A stretch of 64,000 nt of DNA from Corallochytrium limacisporum Hawaii (Eukaryota > Protista > Pluriformea): NCBI GenBank assembly GCA_002811645.1, contig PDIP01000020.1, positions 1 through 64,000 of the forward strand, given 5' to 3'. The notes below the pieces were generated by a model. That model was not told where the DNA came from. It worked only from the letters and a program-made list of their open reading frames with translations, and ran no database searches. Below, one piece after another: positions 33,651 to 44,263 of this stretch. The position numbers were made by a program, and so were the translations under genes. Every line of letters begins with the position of its first letter. Within the stretch, counting starts at the first letter, position 1.

Positions 33651-35345
33651 CTTGAGACCAAACCTTATGCTTTCAGGCTACATTATTCCAGGCCAGTCTA
33701 TACTGTATACTCCACCCACCCTGTCACAAGTCCGTGAGGACACAGCTATCCATTGGCAAGAAATATTTATACGTGCACGATATACTGACAAATCTGTTTA
33801 TAGATCTGCGCGGTACACAAAATACCTCAGTTTCCCAAACTGCAATCTCAACATTGCAGCGAGACCCGCCTCCGAGGGTCTCCGAGGGGCTGAACCCTGG
33901 CGGTTTCACTGGCGTAGGAAGTCCTTACAGCAACACAACCCCGCACCTCCCCCTCCTCTCTGCCCGCTGACGTTCTCACCGGGTACACATAGAAGGCCCC
34001 CTTACCAACCCCAACCCGGTGCTTGTCCTTTAGCTGTTCCCCTAATATATCAACGACTTCCTTGAAAATTAAATCCGGACTGTTACGGATTGTTCTGTTA
34101 AACGGAAGTCCCGGGCCGCGGACCACAGGAGGGGGTCTATTTTTCACCATTTGTTCATCTTGTCGTTGTGGTCGCGCACTGTACCCAACTTGCCAGCGAG
34201 TCGTTTCCTTACATGTCTTGTCGGTACCATAGTTCCACTATGGCTTAATACGACAGTGCGACCAAACGGAAGTTCCATTTGCCAGTATGCAGTGGTGTTG
34301 TATGGCGATCTCGGGGTTCAGCGGTCCGCGGCCTTTCCAAGGGCACAGGGAGGACCTCACTCGGACGAAGATCAGGCAACAACATAGCTTGCGAACCCGC
34401 GGTAAAGACGACGATCGATGAACATGCTACACTTTCGAACCCGTGCACTCGGGGGGGGGCTTAATTGAGGGACCTATGATCTTTTCGTCGTCATATTCCG
34501 TCGTTATTTTCGTGGTTTGTGCGTACGTGCTAGTCCTGGAAATGAAGTCGTTACTTGTGCTTGTCGCGTCCGGATATAACCCAAAAATACACTTCCGCGT
34601 CTCGTGGTCATCATGGAAAGATTCGACTGGTAGGTACAAAGAACACACTGCGGCCTTTTCTCATCAACTCTTTATTCAGGTTGAGGGTTGGTGATATTAT
34701 ATGATGTGGAGTTGGCTGTGGATCCTAACCATTTATTGGCAAGTATAGTTAAACCACCTCACCACAGAAATGTCCAAGAGAGCGCCATGTCCCCCTGGCC
34801 TTGGTTGGGTGGCAGGTGTTCGTGTTGTCTTGCATTTTGGTCACACAGTTCTTTTTCATTTTCAATGAGACACTACCCACTTTGGAGGCTTCATTGCATA
34901 TTCTTAGCAAGCAACACACCGGCTAACTACGTCAAAGTCGCAGGCGGTTTCTGTGATGGCGTGTCCACCTTCTCTGCACAATCCACGGAGATCAGCAGAC
35001 TGCTGCCGACATGGCTTCTGCGCAGCACTGTCTGCCTCATTAACCAAGGTTCTCGAGTACACCACTGGGCAACAGCAACGCAACAACATGGTGTTGCTTA
35101 TCAGTCCTTTCCTCCGTATACACAGTTCGTCTGTGTTTGCTTTTTCTTTCTTTTCTGCCTTCTCTTTAACGAAATATCACCAATTTAATCACGAGTGGGA
35201 GGGAGGAGCAGGAAGGGAGGACCAGGGGGGGGGTCGCAGGGCAAGGCCGATGCAGTCTGACAAATGTTGCCAGGAAAAGCGCAAGGGGGGGGAGGGGAGG
35301 CCAGAAGGCAAAGCAACCGAGAAGAACGCCCGTGTGGTATGGGTG

Positions 35346-35393
35346 TTTAATTGCCCTAAGAAAATTCTTTTTAATTGCCCTAAGAAAATTCTT
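35346..35393 (+). repeat. Perfect tandem 24-bp duplication (TTTAATTGCCCTAAGAAAATTCTT x2)
   Basis: Directly visible; an inverted partial copy TTCTTAGGGC lies at 35508-35517. Confidence 0.9.
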
Positions 35394-35902
35394 GTGGAGA
35401 CGCCCCACCCAGCGAATATCTGCCACCCCCCTCCTCCGACACCACCCTTTCCCGCCCTGGCCCACTCGCATCCAGCAGGGGGGGGGGGACTGAAAAAGGT
35501 TAATCGGTTCTTAGGGCCTCTGATGGAACATATTCATAGTTCATTAAGTATAGAAATATCGACTCTCTGGTGAAGAAGATTGCCACATGAGGGGTACATT
35601 GAACCAAAACACCTGCGATGTGAACCCCCTAAGCTTATTTTCGGGCCGCGTGTGTTCCGGGGTAGGGAACCAGGCCGGCGATGTATCGCCCGCCCCCGGT
35701 GTGGAAGAGAAGAACCGGAGGGTGAAGGGCCGACCCCGGGGGAGGGGAGGGGGTGGGGCACCGGGGAAAAAGGAAACTTACCAAAAAAATGGTAAAACAT
35801 TAAAAGAAAAGAGAAAACCAAGCAAATATGATGAAAAAGGGGAGTGGGGTATGTAACTCAGTTGATTTCTGGCTTGTTTCGCCCAAACAGCAGAACGAGT
35901 TT

Positions 35903-35940
35903 GAGAGCGAGAGAGAGAGAGCGAGAGAGAGAGAGAGAGA
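35903..35940. repeat. Interrupted (GA)n microsatellite
   Basis: Directly visible. Confidence 0.9.
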
Positions 35941-36491
35941 AAAAAAAAAACAGAAAAGAAAAGGGTGCGGGGCGGTGGCGGTGGCAAACACTCTCCAACT
36001 GGCGACGAGGCGAAAAGGACCACTACAAAACCGCTTGTGGTCAGAGCAGTTGAGTCCCCCCCCCTCCCCTTCCCCCGGAGAGGGACAAGGGGCGTGGTGG
36101 TGGGGAGAGAGGGGTGGAGGGGGGTTTCAAATTTTTGGTCTGAAAAAAGCCAGCCTTGGTTTCCAAACACTGCGCAGAGACTTTGGACGGACACGTTCAC
36201 AACGGGCGATAGGGAAAGAAACGATGGGAGGGGGAGGGGGAGAGAGCGAGAGAGATGTGAGAATAGGTTTTGCGGTTGGAGTGCGAGTGTACACGTTTCG
36301 GTGCAGGAGTGAGACTAGCGAGTCACTGTGCATTCGCAGTGGAAGTCCCAGGCACTTGTGGCTGTCCTCATTCCAACCGCACTGGTTTGGCTATTCGAAG
36401 GTGTCGAATTCCAAGCCTGAGAACTTCGTAACTCCGTATAAGGAGAAAGAGATCAATCTGTGCGAAAGGTACCAGGCGGACAGAAGACACC

Positions 36492-38027
36492 ATGACTGTG
36501 ATTGCAAAATTCGAAACCACTCCTTTGGAGGAAATCGCGCCTGAGGTACAGCGTGTGAAGCGTGCCTTTGCCACGGGCAAATCCAAAGACCTTGCTTGGC
36601 GAAAGAAGCAGATCCGCGCCATCGGGAACATGGTCAAGGAGAACTGCGCTGCTATAGTTAAGGCTATGCAGGCCGACCTGTGGAACAAGGCCAAGTTCGA
36701 GATCGAGCTGTCCGAAGTAGCCGGTGTGATCAGTGAGTGTGTTGAAGCTCTGAACAACCTGGACAAGTGGGTCCGCCCCCAGCCTCAGTCAAAGTCGATC
36801 ATGCACATTGGTGCTGGCTGCTACATTGAGCCGCAGCCCAAGGGAGTAGTGCTTGTCATCAGCGCCTGGAATTATCCGGTCTCCTTGCTCCTTAACCCGG
36901 CGGTGGATGCTCTGGCTGCTGGCAACATGGTCGTGCTGAAGCCTTCCGAGATTACTGCGCACACTGCAGCTCTGATGACCCAGCTTCTGCCGAAGTATCT
37001 CGATAGGGATGCCTTTACTGTTGTGAACGGAGCCGTGAAGGAGACCACGGAACTGCTCGGTAGTCGATTCGATCACATCATTTACACGGGAAATTGTCAG
37101 GTCGGCAAGATTGTCATGACTCGCGCAGCCGAGCACTTGACTCCGGTTACTCTCGAGATGGGTGGCAAATGCCCTGTTGTCATCGACTCTAACGTCGACC
37201 TAGAGACCACCGCCAACCGACTGACATGGGGAAAGTGGATGAATGCTGGACAGACATGCATTGCGCCGGACTACATTCTTTGCCCCCCAGAGCTGCAGGA
37301 CAAGCTCGTTGCCGAACTGAAGAAGTCCCTGGAGAAATTCTACGGTTCTGATGCGGCTAAGAGCGAGGACTACTGCCACATTGTCAGCGACCGCCAGTTC
37401 AACCGCCTGAAGGCCTTGCTGGACAAAAGCGGTCAGCCGGCTGTTGGTGGTAAGACAGACAGCTCCAAGCGCTACATTGAACCGACCATCTTTAAGGACG
37501 TTTCCCCGAGTCATCCGCTGATGGAGGAGGAGATTTTCGGCCCTATCCTGCCCATCGTGCCCATTCGCGATGTGGACGAAGCTGTGAAGTTCATAAACGC
37601 CCGCGAGAAACCCCTGGCGCTCTATGTGTTCAGCAAGGACAAGAAGATGGTGGAGTTTGTCAAGAACAACACCTCTTCCGGTGGCTTCATGTCTAATCAC
37701 ACCATTCTGCACGCTGGCGTCCTGACTCTGCCCTTCGGTGGCACTGGTAACTCTGGCATGGGTGCCTACCACGGTTACACGGGCTTCATGGAGTTCTCCC
37801 ACAAGCGCGCAGTTCTCACAAAGCCTCATGGTTTGGAATTCATGAACAAAGATCTGTACGCACCGTACACCGAGGAGACCCTGGAGAAGCTGAAGAAACT
37901 TTTGTTCAAGGAAATGCCGGCTGAGGGTACTTCTATGAGTTCGATGCTGCTGAAGGGTAGCGTGCTGGTCGGTGCGGGTGCTGTTCTCTTCCACATGCTG
38001 AACGGTAGCTCAATGCGTCTGCGTTAG
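36492..38027 (+). CDS. ALDH3A2: Class 3 (fatty) aldehyde dehydrogenase with C-terminal membrane anchor
   Basis: AWNYP, LKPSE, TLEMGGK (catalytic Glu), NAGQTCIAPDY (catalytic Cys), EEIFGPILP, PFGGTGNSGMGAYHG, hydrophobic C-tail. Confidence 0.95.
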   Translation: MTVIAKFETTPLEEIAPEVQRVKRAFATGKSKDLAWRKKQIRAIGNMVKENCAAIVKAMQADLWNKAKFEIELSEVAGVISECVEALNNLDKWVRPQPQSKSIMHIGAGCYIEPQPKGVVLVISAWNYPVSLLLNPAVDALAAGNMVVLKPSEITAHTAALMTQLLPKYLDRDAFTVVNGAVKETTELLGSRFDHIIYTGNCQVGKIVMTRAAEHLTPVTLEMGGKCPVVIDSNVDLETTANRLTWGKWMNAGQTCIAPDYILCPPELQDKLVAELKKSLEKFYGSDAAKSEDYCHIVSDRQFNRLKALLDKSGQPAVGGKTDSSKRYIEPTIFKDVSPSHPLMEEEIFGPILPIVPIRDVDEAVKFINAREKPLALYVFSKDKKMVEFVKNNTSSGGFMSNHTILHAGVLTLPFGGTGNSGMGAYHGYTGFMEFSHKRAVLTKPHGLEFMNKDLYAPYTEETLEKLKKLLFKEMPAEGTSMSSMLLKGSVLVGAGAVLFHMLNGSSMRLR

Positions 38028-38126
38028 ACGTAAAACTACACATCGATTGGAATTTGACTACACACCAGGAAAACATGTTACTCTACTGTTGTATTGAAAT
38101 TCTTTAAAACGCGTTGAACCAAAACA

Positions 38127-39188
38127 TTATTTGTTTCTGTCATTCCTAGCCTTCTTGGACTTTTTGTCCTTCTTACTCTTCTTGCCAGATTTTTTGGCTT
38201 TCTTGGACTTTTTGTCCTTCTTGCTCTTTTTGCTCTTCTTCTCTTTCTTGGACTTGCTCCTCTGCTTGGCATGCGCTTTACCAGTCAACTTATCGTCTTG
38301 ACCGGTCTCGTCATCGTCATAGTCAGGTTCTGCATTTTGAGGATGGATCTCCGGTACATCGTCCGCGGGTGTATGCTCGTGCTGTTCAGGCGCATTACCA
38401 GGTCCGCCCGCAGCCAGACGCGCCCTGCGCTCGGCCATACGCTGCGCCAAATACTCTTGCACACTAAGATTACTGATCTGGTGGCCAGTGTACCGTTTCT
38501 GGGCTGCTGTGTCAGCTACACTGGTCTCTTCTGTCTGTTTCAGCTGCTGCTCCTGTGCTTCCGACGACACGCCGGACGACGATGACGAGGACTCAATGGT
38601 GTCGTTGCTCCGGGGTCTCTTTTCTCCTGTTTGACTCTCACTGTTTACTTCCATAATACGGGGCGTCTCCACATCATCTTCGATCATCCTGTCCTTTCCC
38701 TTGTCACGCTCTCCACCGAGGATCTGGGAAACGTGGACCGACGTGAAGGAGGTGTAGTCCTTACCAGCGTGTAGGCGACGGTAATGTAGCCGTCGGCGAT
38801 TCCTCTGTTTCTCTTCTTTCCGCAAGGTAACGTCTACAGCCCCTTCGTCCCCCTGTTCCTTGTCGCTGGTTTTGGCATTGGAAGTTTCGCCCGCGTCGGC
38901 GCTGTGTGCAGCATTCAGGGACGCAAGCACACCGCTGAAGGCGTCCACATTCTCCAACCAATTCAAATCGTGACGCTTTTGAGCACCAACACCAGAATTA
39001 TTGAGTTTCATGGAAACCTTAATGTGTTCCGTTTCACCCTGCTGGTTGGCACCGAGGCCCTTGCCCTCTTTCCAGCCCATCTTCTGGAGCAGCTTCTGGC
39101 CCAATTTTTCATTGTCTCGGCTCCATGTTGTGTTATTGGGATCCCGACTGTACCGCTTTTTGCGGCGCGGTTCCGCGAGGATTCCCAT
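38127..39188 (-). CDS. PINX1: G-patch protein PinX1/Pxr1
   Basis: MGILAEPRRKKRYSRDPNNTTWS, G-patch GQKLLQKMGWKEGKGLG, SVQEYLAQRM, and a Lys-rich tail. Confidence 0.93.
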   Translation of the reverse strand: MGILAEPRRKKRYSRDPNNTTWSRDNEKLGQKLLQKMGWKEGKGLGANQQGETEHIKVSMKLNNSGVGAQKRHDLNWLENVDAFSGVLASLNAAHSADAGETSNAKTSDKEQGDEGAVDVTLRKEEKQRNRRRLHYRRLHAGKDYTSFTSVHVSQILGGERDKGKDRMIEDDVETPRIMEVNSESQTGEKRPRSNDTIESSSSSSGVSSEAQEQQLKQTEETSVADTAAQKRYTGHQISNLSVQEYLAQRMAERRARLAAGGPGNAPEQHEHTPADDVPEIHPQNAEPDYDDDETGQDDKLTGKAHAKQRSKSKKEKKSKKSKKDKKSKKAKKSGKKSKKDKKSKKARNDRNK

Positions 39189-39835
39189 TGCTTTAAATAT
39201 TGGTGTCTACTAACCCTTTGGTCTTAGTCCCGTGAAACCAGTATTTTCTGCTTTACATGAACACATATGGATCACTCCTTAATCGCAAATGAACCCATCG
39301 ACAACACTATGTTAGAGCTGAGTTTTAGCTCAAAATCGGCAAAAGCTCATATCCTACCCAAAATACCAATTCAAATTGCAAATTAGGCCCTGCTAGTTCT
39401 GAAATGCCTCCGCTGCACGCGGCAAGTGGGACTCGCCTTTTGCCACCTTCACCTGCGAGCGAAAATACTCCCTCTCCACTGACCACTGGCCTTGCCCCTG
39501 CAATTACCCGCCACGCGGGTCTTGCAGAGGGTGGTGGGGAGGAAGAAGAGGGGGAGGGGGAAGAAAACAGAGGGAACCCCACTGTCTCCTGCGCAGTTAC
39601 GCCTCGGGAAGGGCACTGGAGCGGGAGAAAGAACGGGCATCGCCGGACCTAAACCTTTCGGGACTACATAAACTGCAATAATAGTTAGCTACGAACGCTG
39701 GTCTCTTTATCAGGGAGCAAATGTCTTCAGGAGATGATGATGATACAAACGCTGCACTGGGCCGTGTCGTGGAGGGCTGTGTGATGCCAGGCACGCAACT
39801 TCGTCGATTTTTGATACAATTTCTTCGAAGATTTC

Positions 39836-41953
39836 CTAGTTTTCCTTGTTGGCGTCCGGTCCAGCAAGTTCCTCGCTTACACGACGGAGCAGGTTAATCA
39901 TGTAATCCACAAGCTGCTTGACAGTCTCGTTGGAGCTGCTCAGGGCGCTGATGGTGATGTATGTGTTCCACTCGCGACGGTTGTCAATGTGCGTGCACAT
40001 CCGGCCGTAGTGGCTCAGGATGATCTTATGATGGTTGAAGAAATTCATCTGCACTGTACCATCGCTGAGCAGGAAGAAAATACCCACTTTGGTCTTGTAC
40101 CAGATCCGAATATGATGCGGAGTACGCTTCATGGCAGCTTCATCACCAGAAGAAGCCACGGCGTTGGATCGCAGGCGCTCGTTCATGACCTGCTGGCATT
40201 CCTGCAGAATCTCCACCTGTTTCTCGGCGTACGTGGGGATGTCATCGGTGTTGAGGCGCTCCACCTTGGCACCCTTGCGCATGTAGTAGTACTTGTCGAT
40301 GAGATAGACGTAATTGGGGTCCTTCCCCTGTACCATCTTTGAATAGTGTTGGCGGTCTCTGTAGATGATACCAGTGGTGCCATCTGACAGTTCGAAAGAG
40401 AGCAGACCACCCGCTTCCTTCTCCATCCATTTGCTGACACTGAGGGAAGGGTGAAAGCCAGACTCAAGTTTTTCGGCAGGGGCGTTCTTCATCTCTGCCT
40501 GGGCTCGTTCCCGGTAGCGGGACATGAGCTTGTGGATCTCGACTAAGGAGCGGTGCTTCGAGTCCCCTGCGCTAGGAACAACATTTGAGCCCAGAGCAGC
40601 GTAGTCAGCCCCGCGCCATTCTTCGGGAGTCTTAACTGTAGGTTTGGCTACGTCTTCTTGCGAAGACACAATCTCAGCTGAGTTGTTCTCCATGCCCGTG
40701 GTGGGGGCATTGGTCAATGCGGTTGTGTTCGTGTAGAGAACCTCTTTGTAGTTCTCACATTCGTGTGGCACAAAACGCAATGCGTTTCGGGTCAGTTCCG
40801 TGGGACTCCAGCCCTGCATCCAGGGATGTTGCAAAATGTGCTTGACGGTTGGTCGGCGCATGGGGTCAGCACGAAGGCACCAAGTAATGAGTTCTTTAGC
40901 AGGTTCACTTATGGGCTTTCCCTTCGGAAAGCGGAAGTAGTTCTTCTTGATTCTGTCATATGTGGTTTGGACTTCCTTAGTCTCAAACGGAGGCTTGCCA
41001 ATCAGCATGGCGTACAAACTGACACCAATGCTCCAGACATCAACAGCCCCCCAGTGCGCGTGTGGTGACTGCAAGACCTCAGGCGCAATATAATTTGGGG
41101 TTCCACAGATTGTGTACCGCCGCTGGCCCTTGCTAAAATTGCAGAAGTTTGCCAACCCGAAATCTGCAAGCTTGATCTGCATATCGTCACTAATAAGGAA
41201 GTTTCCTAACTTCAAATCGCGATGAATGATTCCCTGAGTATGCAAGTATTCCACGGCAGCACAAATCTGTTTCATGTAGTACCGAGCCTCCGGCTCCGTA
41301 AGAGTCTTTCTGTAGTGAACAAGTTCCAGCATGGTCTTGTTTGAGCACTTTTCGAGAACGATGTAGTAGTTTGACCGGTCCTCAAAATTGCGCACAAACT
41401 TGACAACGTGTTCATGTTCCATAGTGCTGTGAATGCTGATTTCGTTACGGAGCTTGAACTTCTCTTTTTCCTTCTTTCCCTTAAGTTTTTCTTTGTCGAT
41501 GACCTTGACGCAGTAAACCTTTTCACCGCCGGCCTCCTTGAACTCATAGCATTGAGCAAAACCGCCCTTGCCCAGCAATTTCCCATACTTGCAGATTTTG
41601 TTTACGATAGGGTCGAACACAACCACCCCATTATCTGCCGATGTGGCACCACTGGCGGTGCGCTGGCGAGATGCTTTGGTGGCACCCACACTTGGTGTCC
41701 GCTGTGCAGTAGCTGACGTTTTCTGACCCAACGAAGGGATTCTAGTCGCCGTACTTATCCCAGACGAAGGAGTTCTTTCCGCGGTCCACCGCGAGGTTGG
41801 CTTCACTGCACCCCCAGAGGGGATGCGAGCGTTACCGTCACGAGCACTCAGAGGTTGCCGCAGTCCCGAAAGAGGAATGAGCTCTGTGCGTCGTGCCGAG
41901 GGATCGTATCCGCCAACCATTCTATCTGCCAGCAAGTTTCCCTTGTCAAGCAT
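39836..41953 (-). CDS. PLK1: Polo-like kinase (Plk1/Cdc5 type)
   Basis: GKGGFAQC, HRDLKLGN, DFGLA, TICGTPNYIAPE, GKPPFET; polo boxes VSKW..LSDG and LSDGTVQMNFFNHHKIIL. Confidence 0.95.
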   Translation of the reverse strand: MLDKGNLLADRMVGGYDPSARRTELIPLSGLRQPLSARDGNARIPSGGAVKPTSRWTAERTPSSGISTATRIPSLGQKTSATAQRTPSVGATKASRQRTASGATSADNGVVVFDPIVNKICKYGKLLGKGGFAQCYEFKEAGGEKVYCVKVIDKEKLKGKKEKEKFKLRNEISIHSTMEHEHVVKFVRNFEDRSNYYIVLEKCSNKTMLELVHYRKTLTEPEARYYMKQICAAVEYLHTQGIIHRDLKLGNFLISDDMQIKLADFGLANFCNFSKGQRRYTICGTPNYIAPEVLQSPHAHWGAVDVWSIGVSLYAMLIGKPPFETKEVQTTYDRIKKNYFRFPKGKPISEPAKELITWCLRADPMRRPTVKHILQHPWMQGWSPTELTRNALRFVPHECENYKEVLYTNTTALTNAPTTGMENNSAEIVSSQEDVAKPTVKTPEEWRGADYAALGSNVVPSAGDSKHRSLVEIHKLMSRYRERAQAEMKNAPAEKLESGFHPSLSVSKWMEKEAGGLLSFELSDGTTGIIYRDRQHYSKMVQGKDPNYVYLIDKYYYMRKGAKVERLNTDDIPTYAEKQVEILQECQQVMNERLRSNAVASSGDEAAMKRTPHHIRIWYKTKVGIFFLLSDGTVQMNFFNHHKIILSHYGRMCTHIDNRREWNTYITISALSSSNETVKQLVDYMINLLRRVSEELAGPDANKEN

Positions 41954-42592
41954 TTAACCCTAAGTGTCTATATCTACGTGATCAATATGTTCTCTGCCTC
42001 ATTTGCTTCTGGAGCCGTTCGAAAAAGAACCAGTTTTGAAATATGTTCACAATGACTATAGTGACGTCGTAGTATGGTGCCCCCAAGATCCCTACAGATT
42101 TCATCCATAACATAGCTGCACTGCCAAGTCTTTCCACAACAAACCCAAAACCCGCCACCTCCTTATCTCCAACTATTTTGGAGCGAAAGCTGGAGATAAT
42201 GCAAAGGAAAAGGAGCCTCTTTGTCATATCCATGGTACGGAAGTGCAGAACAAGAAGCAATTGAACATCGGACACTGTGTGCACACCACAAAGCGAGTGG
42301 TCAATGTGGTCTCTCTCGGCACTTGGCGGCAGGATAAGACAAGAGCAGATAGTCCTGTGCTAGTTGCATTTTCAGTGGTGCCCCATAACCATACTGAACA
42401 TATGGCTCACAGAAACTGTTAACTGACAATTTACCGCAATCCGAACCCAAAGAAACAGTTTCGGAACTGGCCCCGCTTTGCTCGGTGTTTGGTTGCTGGC
42501 ACTTTTCTTTGTTCCTTCTTTTTACCCAAAGTCTCAAACACACACTCCCTCACCCTCTCTCCCTCCTTCTTAGTTTCTGAACACCAGTTTTC

Positions 42593-42632
42593 TTCGCGCT
42601 ATTTCAAATTTCCAGACCAAAGCGCGCGTAAA
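42593..42632 (-). promoter_or_regulatory. Putative E2F/CHR cell-cycle module upstream of Polo kinase
   Basis: TTCGCGC at 42593-42599, CHR TTTGAA on the minus strand at 42603-42608, GCGCGCGTAAA at 42622-42632. Confidence 0.35.
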
Positions 42633-44263
42633 TTGCAGGGCGGGTCCCCGGGGACCCCTCCCGCGGAGGCCTCCCTTCGCATGGCTCTCCCCGTCGCCAT
42701 ACGAAATATATTCGCTGACGATCGCCCTTGGTGTCGTCTCCGGCCTATGTGCCCGAATCCGCGACCCCTCTCCGGGACGGCCTTCGCTCCGTTTCTCACC
42801 CTTTGGCGCAAGAATGAAAACCGGCCCAGCGGGCGTTGCGGGCGTGTACTGAAACTACGTAGGGCAACGCTGAATTACCCCCCCCGGGGGGGGGGGAGGT
42901 ACCGGATCCAAGGGAAAAATAAAAAAACTAAAGGAAAGAGCACACCTGCCGCCCCCCAACCACCCCGGGGGGGGGGGGCGGAGCAAACAAGGGAGGCGAG
43001 AGGGTGGCCCTCCGCAGCACCGTCCGTGTGTGCATATTGCCTTCCCGGTTCCCTGAGGTACACCTCTCTCGCTACCCCCCCCCCGTTCCCTTTTCTGCTG
43101 TTGGCCGAGGGTTTTTCTTCGGGGGCCTGGGAGTATAGACGTGGGCCCTTTACCCGTACCGTGTGCGCTCCCCGCTCCTTGTTTTTTGTTTCCCTCGTTG
43201 CCTTGCGCCTCGGTTTTTGTTTCTTTATTTTTTTTGACTTTTTTTTCCCGTTTCCGGTTTTTCGAACCCCTCGCGCCTGATATTTCGCGGAGCAACGGGG
43301 AAGGAAATTGGGGGGGGGGGAAATTGCTGGACAGGCGCATATAAAATAATAGATCCCCGCACAATCCCATACATTCACCATGTCCGTGCTGGCACTCCTT
43401 CACCCCGGGGTGGGGTGATTCTCGCACTTGCTGGCCTCGCTCGGCAGTACCGAAAGTACCAGACTGTTCTCGTGCACCGATTTGGAGACCCTCTGGCCCG
43501 ATTCGCTTTACTTTCACTAGGAAAACAGAGAATATTGCTCAGTGTGGTACATTCACGCCCCGCCAAAGACTTCCCCGGAACCGAGGAACCGACCCGTTGC
43601 CATCGACCGGGCGCGGATAGGTCAAAATTTACGCGCGTTTTCCGAGAACGGTAGTCAGTGTTCTGAATTGTCTGGCATCAATTTTCTAATCCGCGCCATT
43701 TCTAGGCATATCCGGCCCTGTGTTTGGGCGAGGGGTCCAATTCCAAACTCAGGGACCCCGCAATCGGGCCAAACGGTCTTGCTTAGTATGGCGTGGGGTC
43801 GATGGGGGGGGGAGCCCTTGGTGACCGACCGGCGGACAGGATCCCCCTGTCGGATGATATCGCAAAGAAGAACACAATCACACTCTCCAACTTCCCAAAA
43901 TTCGGACGATTCGTTCGTGGCTGTCCTCAAAGATGACATCGCCCTAAAGCGGGCTCATAGGGTAGTTTGTTGACAGGGTAAATGCATTGGACGACAGCCA
44001 TTGTGATGCGCACGCTGCTGCATAGCCAGGTGAACCTGCGATGACGTTGAGAGACATATTGGACAAGTATGTTAAGGAACTTCTGACACATTCCTGCTAG
44101 CTACGAGCACGACCAAAGCCATACACACAGGAAAGATGTTCATGATGTTTAAGGGAACTTGAGTGTACGAGAAACTAACTATGTAATGATGAATATGCTC
44201 ATGATGAATGCTACAATATGATGGATGGTGTGGATGGTGTGTGTGGATGATGGTGTGGATATC

